Assembly (NCBI GenBank): GCA_963706025.1
Contig: CAVPLM010000006.1
Location: forward strand, 1 to 64,000
Origin: an uncultured Actinomycetes bacterium
GTDB lineage: Bacteria; Actinomycetota; Thermoleophilia; RBG-16-64-13
Direction: 5' to 3'
Length of the DNA: 64,000 nt
Positions 16,840-27,970 of this stretch are shown one piece after another (the first letter of the stretch is position 1; the number at the start of each line of letters is the position of its first letter). The notes below the pieces were generated by a model. It did no database searches. It saw only the letters and a list, made by a program, of their open reading frames with translations, and had not been told where the DNA came from. The position numbers and the translations under genes were made by a program.

Positions 16840-18672
16840 ATGGCAAGGAGAATCACAGGCGTTGTGGTCGCGGTAACGCTGGGGTGCATTCTTGTGCTTC
16901 TCGCTCTGGCCTTGCCGGCGAGGGCGTCTGAGCCCAATCCCTATCATTACTGGTCCAGCGAACGGCTCAACTCGGAAGGCAGGTGGAGCCACGTCTGCGA
17001 TGTGCGAGGCGATGATCTCCTCTGGTCGGAGCCCTCTCCGGGATTCGAGGGCGCCAGCGGAGTAGCAGACGATCCCCGGCTGCTCGACATGGCGTCCGGG
17101 GCGCGCTCCCTCCCTGCTGCCGGTCTGATGTTGGCCAGCCCGGCGCCTGCGCCGGTGAGAGGCGGGGGACTTGCGCCTACACCTCGATCGGTCCTGATGC
17201 CAATAGGCCCGTACTACGCGGCCAAAGAGCTGTTCCGATTCGGTATTCAGGCGGCCGGAGGCCGGAGAGAGGGTCCGGCATTCGCAGCGCGATGAGCCGT
17301 ACCAGCCGAACCACGAGGCTACGTGGCCTGGGCCACAAGCGGGAGGCCGTCCGACCCTACCTCTACTCCATCGACCAGTCGGCAGCTGGCGAGCGAGGAA
17401 GCTCCCGAAGCCGGCCTTCATGTCGGCGATGGGAGAAGGCGGTGTCGCCGGACGAAGGAGCGCGTCATTGTATCTGTATGACATCGCGATCCCCAGATCT
17501 GGTTGCTCAAGGGGGAGTAGACGTGACAGCGGCCGGATCATCAGGAACGGCTGGCGTGGGACCAGGATGGCGCGGTTGGCATCGCGCCGGATCAGCGACG
17601 GCGTGATGATGGCCACCGTCAAGGTGGCCGATGAAGATGTAGAGAGGGATTCGACCTTCAGCCGAGCGCCTCGTCTGGTCGATTGAATACCTCGAGGGAG
17701 AAGGCGGTGTCCAGGGCCGATCATCCCCCGATGTCATAACTGAAGAAGAGTCTCCGAACGGGGTACCAGATCACTGGTCTCACAAACGATGACGAAGCTC
17801 TGGCTCATGATAGCGACCACGTTCTGGCGGCCGGCAAGAACGCCGTCGAACGATCGCCAGACCTTGCGATCCGGGAGAACGTCTACGGTCGCCCCGTACG
17901 CCTATGGCTTCCGCCTCGACGGGGACCGGATCGGCTGGTACGAGTATCGAAGTAAGGGAGCCGCCTTCCTCGCGCAGGCTCATCGCTTCTCCGACGTTCC
18001 GCCGAATCACCCCCTCTACTCGGCCATCGAAGATCTCGCCCGGCGCGGCATCGTTGCCGGATTCAGCGATGGCAACTTCCGGCCCAGTGGGCCGCTCACC
18101 CGCCAGCAGTTCGCCAAGATGATCGTGAAGACTCTGGGGTTCACGGTGACCGGGAACGAGTCCTGCCGGTTCGCCGACGTGGACAGCGGGGTGGACCCCA
18201 GCGATCCCTTCTACCCGGATAAGTACGTGGCCGTGTGTGCCCTAATCGGGATCACCCAGGGCAAGACCCCCACCACCTTCGCGCCGTATGACAACATCAC
18301 CCGGGCCCAACTGCTTACCATGGTGGTGCGAGCGGCGGCGCGGATGGGCATCCTTGATGACCCGAGCCCGGCCTACTATCTGGGCACGAGCGATGGCACT
18401 CACTTCTTCCGCACCTGGGACGATCCCGATCATGCGCGTAGCGCCCAGACCGCGGAGTTCAATGGTCTCCTTGACGGGCTGGTCCTGGATGACTCCTCGA
18501 GCCTGCCCGGGACCCTTACAAGAATGCCACCCGGGGAGAGGTGGCCCAGATCCTGTGGCGCTTGCTCCAGAAGATGGACGCGAAAGGAACTAAGCATCAG
18601 GGTCGCCACAGGAGGCCGGAGGGGGGAAGGCTCGAAGGACAGGTGGACGGGTGTCTGGGGTCGCACGTTTAG
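16840..18672 (+). CDS. Secreted protein with C-terminal SLH domains (multiply frameshifted)
   Basis: Signal peptide ending ARA; propeller-like pieces (PYLYSID, LYLYDIA, FRLDGDRIGW) in different frames; SLH motifs FSDVPPNHP...GIVAGFSDGNFRP...TRQQFAKMI, ITRAQLLTMV, ATRGEVAQILW. Confidence 0.75.
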
Positions 18673-18873
18673 GGATCTGGCCGTTAGGGAATACCTATAG
18701 CGAGTCCCGAGAGACGTAGCGCGTCTTCTAGAGGTTCTCACAGGAGCTGGTGCAGAGGAAACGCGGGATCAAAACACTGCGGAGTACATTGAAGCGTCAG
18801 CAAGTGGGGGTCGTTGAAGGAAGGAAAGCGGAGCCACTTGGGACTCGCGCTTCGAACAAACAAGGAGGTCAAG

Positions 18874-19208
18874 ATGAGCGAAGACACACCCGTTCTCGAC
18901 ACTATCGCCGCCATGACCGCGGCATCGCTCGAGAACACCAACCTCGGTGACCGCGAGGTGATGCTCTCCCGCATCGCGGCCCTGGCGGCCTCGGCGCCCC
19001 CGCCGTGTCTTACCTGGCCAACATCGGCCCCGCCGCCGACTCGGGGGTCACGCTGGAAGATGCCCGGGGCGTCTTGACTGCGGTAGCGCCGATCATCGGC
19101 ACGGCCCGGACCGTCACTGCGGCGGCCAACATCTCTAAGGCGCTGGGGTTCCTGATACTGGCGGTCGAAGCGGAGATCCAGGCGGAGATCGAGGCGGAAT
19201 CGGCCTGA
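18874..19208 (+). CDS. Carboxymuconolactone decarboxylase-like protein (frameshift near 19000)
   Basis: SD AGGAGG; MSEDTPVLDTIAAMTAASLE...RIAALAA continues in another frame as SYLANIG...VAPIIGTART. Confidence 0.75.
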
Positions 19209-19261
19209 GCGGTGGGGTAGATTCGGCTCTGTTGTGTTAGACAGAAGCCTCATTCGACATC

Positions 19262-19287
19262 GACGGAGGTCCTTCGGGGCCTCCGTT
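19262..19287. terminator. Hairpin between convergent genes
   Basis: GACGGAGGTCC-TTCG-GGGCCTCCGTT with a cUUCGg tetraloop. Confidence 0.65.
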
Positions 19288-19297
19288 CGTAATCCTC

Positions 19298-19315
19298 GGG
19301 GGGGGGGGGGGGGGG
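19298..19315. repeat. G18 homopolymer
   Basis: 18 consecutive G. Confidence 0.85.
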
Positions 19316-19329
19316 CTGTTCGGCGGTGC

Positions 19330-22256
19330 CTACAGGAGCTGGAAGCCCGCCCGTATAGGGAGCGGCGTTCTCGAGCGCCTGCAGCGCGGTGATCACCTCA
19401 CCGAGTCGCTTGATCTTCTCTCCGTAGGTAGCCCAATCGTCGATTCGCTGGGCGGCCCGCGCTTCCTCGTAGAGCTGCTCGGCCAGGTCGAGAAGGGCCG
19501 CGCGATCGGTCGGAAGCGTCCCCGAGATCGTCGTCGTGGTCGTGCCCGGCGGGCACCGTGGTCGTGGTCGCTGAGGGGATGGTGGTCGTGGTGGCCCCAG
19601 GGACCGTGGTGGTTGGACCAGAGGGTACCGTGGTGGTCGGACCTGTGGGGGTGCCGGAGAAGATGGTATCGAGCGCCGACGGCAGGTCTTTCTCCATCAC
19701 CACCACATCGCCGTATGCAACGATCACCCGGGTCAACTCGGGGATGGCGCCGCTCTCAGACTGAAGGTACAGAGGCTCCACATAGATCAGCGAATCTTCC
19801 ACCGGTATGACCAGGAGATTCCCCCGTATCACCTCACTCCCCGCTTGGTCCCACAAGGTGAGTTGGGACGAGATGACAGGATCATTGTTGATGCGAGCTT
19901 CCACCTGGGCAGGGCCGAACACCAGCTTGTCCTTGGGGAAAGCGATGACGACCAGCTCTCCGTACTTGTCGCCGTCCATGCGGGCGGCCATCCAGGAGAC
20001 CATGTTCTGCTTGGTGCGGGGGGTGAACGGCTGCAGGAGCACGAACTCCTCCTCGACCACGCCGGGCAGGGCCATCACCAGGTAGTAGGGCTCGACGATC
20101 CTCTCTTCCTCCCCGTACATCTCCGTCGCGATCTGCCACACGTCTTCTTTGTTGTAGAAGATCTGTGGCTCCGTCATGTGGTAGACGGAGAGAGTCTCCG
20201 CTTGGATACTGAAGAGATCCTCTGGATAGCGCACGTGCCGGCGGATGTCGTCGGGCATCTCCCCGCCCGGGGTGAAGAGCCCGGGATAGATCTTGCCCCA
20301 GGTAGTGGCCAACGCATCGTCGGGATCCATTTGGTAGAAGGTCATGTCGCCGTTATAGGCGTCGATGACCACCTTGATGGAGTTGCGGATGTAGTTGAGG
20401 CCGCCTGGACTCGGCTGCGAGTTAGGGAAGCGATCGGTGGTGGTGTAAGCGTCCCATATCCAGACAAGGCTGCCGTCGTCACGCATCGCGATGTAGGGAT
20501 CTCGGTCGTACTGCAGGAATGGGGCGATGGTCTGCACCCGCTCGGCGAGCGAGCGCCGGTACAAGATGCGGGAGTCGGGCCGCAGGTAGTCAGAGACCAG
20601 TAGCTTGATCGTGGCGAAGCGCACGCTGAAGATGAGCTGGCGCGGAAAGCTACCGATGTCCACGCCACCAGTCCCCTCGTACTCGGCAAACACGTTTTCG
20701 TCGCCCATGGGATAGTCGAACTCTTTGGCGGTCGTGTTGACCAAAACGAAGGAGTCGGGGACTTCTCCATAGTAGATCTCGGGGCGCGTGACGCTCAGAG
20801 ATGTCTCGCTTGGGGGGGTATGTCGCGCACGAAAAGCTGCGGAAGCCCCTGCTCGGTCGGCCTCGCTCACCGGGCTGACCACCACTCCGTATCCATGCGT
20901 GTAGGTGAGGTGCTGGTTGACCCAGGTCTGGGCCTGGCCACTCAGCTTCGAGTAGTCGAACTCCCGGGCCGCGAGAAGGACCTGCCGGTACATATCGTCG
21001 ATGACATAGCGGTCGACATCCACATCAGTGAAGGTGTAGTAGGTGCGTATCTCCTGTATCTGCCGGTAGGTGTCCAGCGCCGGGCTGGGATCCCACACCC
21101 TGACGTTATCGAGGGTGGCGGCGTTAGCCGCGATGGAGTCCGCGTCGAGATTGGTGTTCGCTTCGAACGGAAACGTCTTCACCTCGTTCAACCCGAAGGC
21201 CCAGCGCGTCGAGCCGATGTTGTTGGCGATGTAGGGGGTCTCTTTCTCGATCTCTGTGGGCGACACTCGGTACTGCTGCACGATGGCCGGGTAGATCTGC
21301 CCGGCGAAGAGCCAGGTGACGAACAATAGCCCGATAGCCAAGGCAGGGAGGCGCCAGCCCTTGAAGTAGATATTGATCAGGAACAGAACGGCTGCGATCG
21401 CGGCGACGATGGCCAGGAAGCGCAGGACCGGTATCTGTACGTTCACATCGGTGTAGCTCGGCCGAAGGTGACGCCGCGCTCGGAGTAGGCCAGACCCCAC
21501 ACCCCAGGAGGTAATCCACGGCCTTGCCCAACATCGCCACGGCCAGGATGACCGACAGGTGTGCCTTCACGTGCGGTGCCGCGCGCAAGCTGCGCCCCTC
21601 CACGCGGATCGCTCGATGGGAGATGTAGATACCCAGGGCTCCCAGAAAGCTGAAGAAGAAGCAAAGCATCACGAAGGTCAAGACCATGCGGGCGACGGGC
21701 AATGTGAACACGAAGAAGGCCGCATCCCGACTGAACACCGGCGCACTGAAGCCGAAGTCGACCTGCCGGAAGAAGAGCCATATCCGCTCCCAGGATCCAG
21801 CGTAGCCCACGGCGAATATCACTCCCAACACGATGGAGATCGCGAGGAATAGGCGACGACCTCGCCGAGTCTGAGTGTCGACAAGTTCGTAGACCTCACC
21901 CTCGGTATCGCCGGCCGGTCTCACCTTGGGTACGAAATACCGGGCGAGCCGTAGGTTGCCGTAGAAGATGGCGAAGAACACGACACCGCGGCCACCATGA
22001 CCACGAGCGGCGCCCAGATCCTGGTCCAGAAGACGGTGGTGAAGCCCATCTCTTGGAACCAGAGATAGTCGGTGAAGAATCGGGAGACCACCCACAAGAG
22101 AACGACGAGGATGATGATCCCCAGCGGGACGAGAACGGCCGTCCGGCCCTTCCAGCTCGCGCCCCGCCACCAACGCACCAGGCCTTGCAGTTGATCCGCC
22201 GGCGTCTTGGGTCCCGCGCCGCTCCCTGCTCCGCCATTCTCGCGACCGGTAACCAT
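19330..22256 (-). CDS. UPF0182 family membrane protein (several frameshifts)
   Basis: FTDYLWFQEMGF, FFVFTLP, SYTDVN, DVDVDRY, WVNQHLTYTHGYG, NYIRNSIKVVIDAYNG, RYPEDLF, YVEPLYLQS, DWATYG; 3' end uncertain. Confidence 0.92.
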
Positions 22257-22315
22257 GAGGCCTCCTTCTTGCGCCAGGAACTCGCTGCGCCTGGCCCCGG
22301 TAATCTACCACATAG

Positions 22316-22816
22316 GTGGAAGTTGACTCTGACCCCAGGCTCGGCGCCGATCCACCGACCGGCGCTGGCGGGCCCTTCCTACTAAGACCGGTCCCTGCTA
22401 GGATGCATTCCTTGGGGTCCTTGCACAGAGGTGCCGCCTTGAAGATAGAGCAGAACGGGTCCGAGTCCGGCGAGATCTCGGCCAACGGCAGTTTCGTCAT
22501 AGTCCACGTTCCCGTCCAGTTGGTGGGGCAAGTCCCCGGGGGCGGGGCTACCCTGCGCTACAGCATCGGCTCCTTTGTCGGCCTGGAGACAAGGCTGCTC
22601 GCACGGACCGGCCCGCAGGCAATGCTCACCTTTCGTATCCCCAAAGAACTGTTTCGTGCCCGCCAACGCCTCCATCTGGAGGTCTTGGCGAGAGACGACG
22701 AGGGCCTGCAGAGGGTCCTCTGGACCAAGCGCTATGAAGCCAGTTGGACAGGGAGCACCCCCCACGTGGAACCGGTCGTCGACCTCCTGGGGGAGGGACC
22801 CGAAGCCAAGCACTGA
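22316..22816 (+). CDS. Hypothetical protein
   Basis: 166-aa ORF filling the gap; no motif recognised; start uncertain. Confidence 0.55.
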   Translation: MEVDSDPRLGADPPTGAGGPFLLRPVPARMHSLGSLHRGAALKIEQNGSESGEISANGSFVIVHVPVQLVGQVPGGGATLRYSIGSFVGLETRLLARTGPQAMLTFRIPKELFRARQRLHLEVLARDDEGLQRVLWTKRYEASWTGSTPHVEPVVDLLGEGPEAKH

Positions 22817-22862
22817 CCCAGCACACCCAGCGGCAGGCGTGTCCTCCTCGGCCCGTTACGGG

Positions 22863-23126
22863 TCAGTCCAGCGGAACAACGAACTCGATCGCGTCGATGC
22901 GAACAAGAAGGACGTCGTAGGCGACGGGGTCTTCGAGGGCCCCTGCGCCTGTTCTGTGCAGGAGAACGTCTGTAAGAGCGACAAACCGCGTGTTCTCATT
23001 CAGAAGGTCGAGTACCCGACCCTTGTACCCACCCGGTCTCGGCACAATAACGTACCCCTCGCACCAGAAGTCCCGGGCATGTACATTGACGCGGACGCTG
23101 TGGCCCCCAGCCTCCATGCGCAACAT
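22863..23126 (-). CDS. Small DUF6812-like protein
   Basis: RVLDLLN...FVALTDV...LLVRIDAIEFVVP pattern. Confidence 0.7.
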   Translation of the reverse strand: MLRMEAGGHSVRVNVHARDFWCEGYVIVPRPGGYKGRVLDLLNENTRFVALTDVLLHRTGAGALEDPVAYDVLLVRIDAIEFVVPLD

Positions 23127-23280
23127 CCTTCCCGACGGGTTGAAGACTCGCTCCCTCTATCGTCTTCTCGCCTCCGCTCCTTTAAGCTGTCCTCATTGCG
23201 GACATAGGGACGATGAGGGTCCCTGAACTCACGATTCGCGGATGCCTGAGGTACTGCTCCCTCCCAATTGGGGGGGCGCT

Positions 23281-25128
23281 CTAGAACCCGGTCGTAGGCG
23301 GGCTGGTGGTCGACGTCGGCTTCTCGGTCGTAGTGGTGGTGGCCGGGGGCTTCGTGGTGGTGGTCTTGCCCGTGCCTACCTCGACCTCCTGCGGGATCAT
23401 CTTCCATTTGCTGATGAAGGTGTCCTTGTGAATGACCGAGCCGTCCTTGGCCTTCACGACGCGGACCACCTTGATCTCCTTGCCGTCCTGGCCGGACATC
23501 CTGATGAACGTGGTCCCGGGACCCAGCCAGGAAGCCTTGTATTCGATCTTCGTCATCTTATCCACGTCGTAGAAGTCGCTGGTCTTGTAACTCACGGTGC
23601 GGCCGTCCTTGGTGCCGTAGATGTTGAACGTGGTGGTGATCCCGTTTGAGGCGCCTCGGACGAGGATGTAGTGGTCGGTGTCGTTTCGGAAGCGCATGTT
23701 CGGCGACTCCGCGCTTACCGTAGCGTCCCTGCCCTTGGGATAGTGGTCGATGAAGATGGAGTGGTTCTTGCGCTCTACTATCTCGAGCCCGGCGAAGAAA
23801 GCTGCGTTGAAGAGCGTGGTCGATACCTGGCAGATACCGCCTCCCAACACGTCCTCCAGTTTGCCCGGGCCGGTAATGCCATGCGCCAGCTTGTATCCTC
23901 GCTTCTCGGTACGCGGGCCCACCTGCTTGTCGAAGTCGTACACCTCGCCGGGAGCCAGGAGCACGTTGTTGGCGTATTCAGTGGTAATGCGCACGTTGGT
24001 CTGCCGGTCCTCGGTCCCTTCCCACTCGGTGATGAAGCCACCCAACTTGTCTTGGATGCCCAGGGACTCGGCTTCTTCGGTGGTGCGTTCGGGTTCGGTT
24101 GTGGTCACGACCACCTTGGCCGATCGCCCAGAAGCCTTGAGAGAGGCGGCCGTCAAAGCCTTGGCAGTCTCGTCACGGTCCAGCTTCCTCCCCTTGGCGG
24201 CTGGGACCACCCACGCCTGCTGTCCGTCACTCTTCCACGTGGCGTTGACGGGTTTTCGCACTACCCGCTCGGCGATCTTGTCAAAGAACGGGCCCATCTT
24301 CTCTACAGAGAGATACGGAACCAGAGTGGAGACCCCGTTCCGGTCCTCAGTAGAGAAGTCCATGTAGGCGCCTATCTGCTCGGGCGTGAGCTCCCAAGTC
24401 CTGTCGCCGTCATTGAGCACCAGATCGGAAACGATCATCTTCTTGGCCTGGACGACCGCTCCCTGGCTGTCCTCCGCCTGGATCTCGGGATCTTCGAGCA
24501 CCATGGGAACGGCCAGCTTTGTCGCATGGAGGGTGAAGAGCAGGGCCTTGAGCTCCTCACGTACGGCGGCTTGATCGACTACACGCCCCTTCTGGCCCTC
24601 TACCACTCTGACGTCGGTGCCGTCGATGATCAGTCCGGCGTTCACGGGGGGCATGTCGATCTCTTTTGCCACTTCGGCCAGGACCTCGTCCATCAGCTCG
24701 CTGTCGACCGTCCCTTCGAGAGCCACGGCCTTGTCTCTGAAGAACAATCCGAGACGTCGGCTCATGTCGACCAGGAAATTGCTTTGTCGAGACACGTCCA
24801 TCGCGGCCGACACCGCGCCCGTCACGTCGATCTTGGTGCCCACATCGCCGGGCATGACCGGCCAGGTCTTGTCGCCGCTCGTAAGGGTGATCGGCTCATC
24901 CTGGGCTTGTTTGACCAGTCTCGTGAGAGCAGCCGTGGCCTCATCGCGTGTGAGACCGCCCACAGGGTGGCCGGAGACGGTGACTCCCGCGTGCACCTTG
25001 TTGTAGTAGAGGGCGGAGTCTATGAGGGCGGCGAGCCCGAACAGGGCGATGACGGAACCGACCGCGATAAGCACGCGGAGTCGCCCGCGGCCGCGCCGGC
25101 GTTTCTTGCTAAGCCTCTTCTTTGCCAA
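23281..25128 (-). CDS. VanW family protein with peptidoglycan-binding (YoaR-like) domains
   Basis: Basic N-terminus and TM; GVTVSGHPVGGLT; GGGICQVSTTLFNA; ERKNHS...YPKGRDATV; FRNDT; Thr-rich tail. Confidence 0.93.
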   Translation of the reverse strand: MAKKRLSKKRRRGRGRLRVLIAVGSVIALFGLAALIDSALYYNKVHAGVTVSGHPVGGLTRDEATAALTRLVKQAQDEPITLTSGDKTWPVMPGDVGTKIDVTGAVSAAMDVSRQSNFLVDMSRRLGLFFRDKAVALEGTVDSELMDEVLAEVAKEIDMPPVNAGLIIDGTDVRVVEGQKGRVVDQAAVREELKALLFTLHATKLAVPMVLEDPEIQAEDSQGAVVQAKKMIVSDLVLNDGDRTWELTPEQIGAYMDFSTEDRNGVSTLVPYLSVEKMGPFFDKIAERVVRKPVNATWKSDGQQAWVVPAAKGRKLDRDETAKALTAASLKASGRSAKVVVTTTEPERTTEEAESLGIQDKLGGFITEWEGTEDRQTNVRITTEYANNVLLAPGEVYDFDKQVGPRTEKRGYKLAHGITGPGKLEDVLGGGICQVSTTLFNAAFFAGLEIVERKNHSIFIDHYPKGRDATVSAESPNMRFRNDTDHYILVRGASNGITTTFNIYGTKDGRTVSYKTSDFYDVDKMTKIEYKASWLGPGTTFIRMSGQDGKEIKVVRVVKAKDGSVIHKDTFISKWKMIPQEVEVGTGKTTTTKPPATTTTTEKPTSTTSPPTTGF

Positions 25129-25270
25129 TACGGGTCGCGCTCCTCAAATCGCGGATGGTACAAGATAACAGATGCAGGGCGTTTCTTTGAGGTTCCAGAG
25201 TGGCAGCTTCACCTGGTTTCCCGCGGGACCGCTGGGAGTAGAATGGCTAGAGCGGACGGGAGGAACGGGC

Positions 25271-25903
25271 ATGACCGTAGTCAAGGGATCTCTTGGCACG
25301 ATCCCCCTGCTTCGGGTATCGGGCGAGCTTGACCACCTGGGTGGCAGCGAGCTCCGTGCCGTTGGGAGGGAGGAGTTGGGCACGGATGGTCGGTTCCTCC
25401 TGCTGGATCTCAGTCAATGCACCCACATCGATAGCGGCGGGCTCGGCGCACTCATCGGGCTGCTTGGAGAGCTGGGCCCGCAGGGTGTGCTGGGATTGAT
25501 CGGGGTGAACCGCGACGTCTGTCGCATCCTCGAGATCGTCGGGCTGCCGAGGATGGCCAGCCTTCGGTTGTTTGCCGACGCCGCAGAGGCCTCCGCCGCT
25601 CTCACGGGCGAGGATTCTCCGTCCGCTGCTGCGGCAGCGGACGGGCCGGCGAGGCCGTCAACCAACGGCGTGATCGTCTCTCGGACCAACCATCGCAACT
25701 CGACCGCGCTAACATCTGCGCATGAACGACGATGCCCTTGTTTTCGACCTCGACGGGACCTTCTGGGATGCCGCGGCCGCCTCGACCCGGGGCTGGAACC
25801 TCGCCCTGCAGCGGATGGGCGTCTCCTTCCGAGTCACCGTGGACGGCATCAGGTCGGTTTCCGGCCGGCCGTTCGACGAGTGCGTCGAGGTACTCCTCCC
25901 TGA
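25271..25903 (+). CDS. STAS-domain anti-sigma factor antagonist
   Basis: VSGELD, LDLSQCTHIDSGGLGALI, ILEIVGL; domain ends near 25610, and the real stop is probably near 25710 since the ORF overlaps the next gene. Confidence 0.8.
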   Translation: MTVVKGSLGTIPLLRVSGELDHLGGSELRAVGREELGTDGRFLLLDLSQCTHIDSGGLGALIGLLGELGPQGVLGLIGVNRDVCRILEIVGLPRMASLRLFADAAEASAALTGEDSPSAAAAADGPARPSTNGVIVSRTNHRNSTALTSAHERRCPCFRPRRDLLGCRGRLDPGLEPRPAADGRLLPSHRGRHQVGFRPAVRRVRRGTPP

Positions 25904-26389
25904 GCTCAGCCCCGTGCCGGAAGCTGCTCTGCGCTTCGCTTGAAGCGCACGAACGCAGGGAGATCGAGGCTGTAGGCGGCGTCTTGTACGATGGCGTGGC
26001 CGACGGTCTCGGGGAACTGGCCACAGCTCTACCGGTTGTTCCTGGTGAGCAATTGCCCGGACTGGTATCTCGACGCGTTCTTCCGAGCCAGCGGCCTGCG
26101 GGAATGCTTCACGGGCTGGGATTGTCATGGCTCGTCCGGGATAGGCAAGTCCAGGATGCTCTTGGCGCTCAGTGAGAAACACCGGCTGGGGCGCGTGACC
26201 TACGTCGGCGACACCCACGGAGACCGGGAGGCGGCTGAAGAGGCGGGAATGGAGTTCGCTTTCGTGCGCTATGGCTTCGGAGAGGTAGGATCGGCTTCGC
26301 TTTCCTTCGACAGCTTCGGCGAACTGGTCGAGTACTTCCTCGGCCGGGGTGACTCTGCCTCGGCGCGTGCCGCGCGCGGGCGGCCGTAG
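25722..26389 (+). CDS. HAD-family hydrolase (frameshift near 25940)
   Basis: FDLDGT motif I; LYDGV, LFLVSNC; YVGDTHGD...YGFG. Confidence 0.88.
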
Positions 26390-27430
26390 ATGGACTCACT
26401 GGAGCGTGTGCGAACGGCCCTTTCCGGCGGCCGACCCGACCGAGTGCCCTGCGCTCTCGGCTTCTTCCCCCAGTCTCTTTTCGGAGCAGCGGACGCCGAC
26501 GAGCTTTTCGGGACCGACGTGAGATTCGTCGAGTTCGACCCGCCCCGAGAACAAGGCCGGTTCCTTGCGTATCTCGAGACCCTACCGGCAGACGTGCACG
26601 TGGGGAGCCAGGCTCAGCTCCGTACCTACCAGGAGTGGGGCTATCACCCCGCCAACGGCTCGACCCATCCGGTGGGCCGGCTGCAGTCCGTAGCGGACTG
26701 GGCCCGAGGCCTCCTGCCGGATCTCCCGGACTCCCGACGGTACGAAGGACTGGCGGGGCGCGTTGGACGCCTGCACGACAGGGGCCTGGCAGTCGCCGGC
26801 TCACCCCCGCATCTTGGGGGCGAGCTGTTCGAGAGCGCGTGGCGCCTGCGAGGTTTCGAGCGCTTCATGAAAGACCTCGTGAGGGAGCCCGAGCTGGTCG
26901 GGTATCTACTCGATCAACTCACCGCTCTGGCGACAGAGAACGCCATCGTCCTGGCCCGATCCGGAGTGGATGTGCTGCTTCTCGACGACGACGTGGCCTA
27001 CGGTGGGGGTCTGCTGATCAGCCCGGACACGTGGCGCCGGTTCTTCAAGCCCCGGCTCGCCCGGATCGTGGAGGCGGCTCGCGAGGCGGCGCCAGACCTG
27101 CTTGTCTTCTATCACAGCGACGGCGACTTCACCCGGCTCCTGCCCGACCTTGTGGAGCTGGGGGTCAACGTGGTGAACCCGGTGGCGCCGGACTGCATGG
27201 ACGCCGCGGCCATCCGCCGCACCTTCGGCGAACGTCTGGCGTTGTGGGGAACGATCGGGACCGCCGTGACCTGGGACCTGGGCACCCCGGCCCAGATGCG
27301 GGGGGAAGTAGGGCAGCGGATTCAGTCGGTGGGGAAGTCCGGCCTATTGCTCTCCCCGGCGTACGACCTGGATTTCGCTCCCCGCGAGAACGTCGCCGCC
27401 TTCGTCCAGGCCGTGCTCGAGTTCGGCTAG
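26390..27430 (+). CDS. Uroporphyrinogen decarboxylase / MtaA-like family protein
   Basis: MDSLERVRTALSGGRPDRVP; WRLRGFERFMKDL; DDDV; FYHSDG; LWGTIG; ENVAAF. Confidence 0.9.
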   Translation: MDSLERVRTALSGGRPDRVPCALGFFPQSLFGAADADELFGTDVRFVEFDPPREQGRFLAYLETLPADVHVGSQAQLRTYQEWGYHPANGSTHPVGRLQSVADWARGLLPDLPDSRRYEGLAGRVGRLHDRGLAVAGSPPHLGGELFESAWRLRGFERFMKDLVREPELVGYLLDQLTALATENAIVLARSGVDVLLLDDDVAYGGGLLISPDTWRRFFKPRLARIVEAAREAAPDLLVFYHSDGDFTRLLPDLVELGVNVVNPVAPDCMDAAAIRRTFGERLALWGTIGTAVTWDLGTPAQMRGEVGQRIQSVGKSGLLLSPAYDLDFAPRENVAAFVQAVLEFG

Positions 27431-27822
27431 GCTACCGCCATGGCCTCGAGCTCGATCATCCAGTCGGGCTGGGCGAGCCTTACAACTCCAAGCAGTGTAG
27501 TAGTGGGCTTGCAGCCCGCCGCCTTGAGGCGCTCTCCAACCACGGGCACGGCCTCGAGGAAGGCAGGAACGTCCGTCGTGTAGTAGTTGAGGCGGACAAG
27601 GTCGGAGAGCTTCAGGCCTGCATGACCGAGAACGATCTCGAGGTTGTCCAAGGCCGCATGAAACTGGGCCACCATGTCACCGGGATGCAACGAGTTGCCG
27701 TCCGCATCAACTGAGAGTTGGCCCGAGACTAAGACGGTCCGGCTCACCCCTTCAATCTCGATCGCCTGAGAGAAATCGAACTGATCCTGCCACGTCCCTG
27801 GATTTATCGCCCTTTTCTCCAT
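27427..27822 (-). CDS. RidA/YjgF family protein
   Basis: FSQAIE, VSGQ, LDNLEIVL, TLLGVVRLA...IELEAMA. Confidence 0.92.
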   Translation of the reverse strand: MEKRAINPGTWQDQFDFSQAIEIEGVSRTVLVSGQLSVDADGNSLHPGDMVAQFHAALDNLEIVLGHAGLKLSDLVRLNYYTTDVPAFLEAVPVVGERLKAAGCKPTTTLLGVVRLAQPDWMIELEAMAVA

Positions 27823-27970
27823 GATCATCGCTCCGATCGCTCGCTGTGGACATGATTGCCGTACGGTCGCCGCGCCTCCTGCGGGCCCTCCCGGTTCGGG
27901 TGCGAGGTGGCCTGAGGTACACTGCCGTCGCACACCAGATTATAGGGAGAAACACAGGGAGAATAGGACC

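Noticed and set aside
25940-25943. TGA within the HAD gene as a second selenocysteine
   Set aside because: Homology continues in another frame (ASLEAHE), so it is an indel, and it is not at a Cys position
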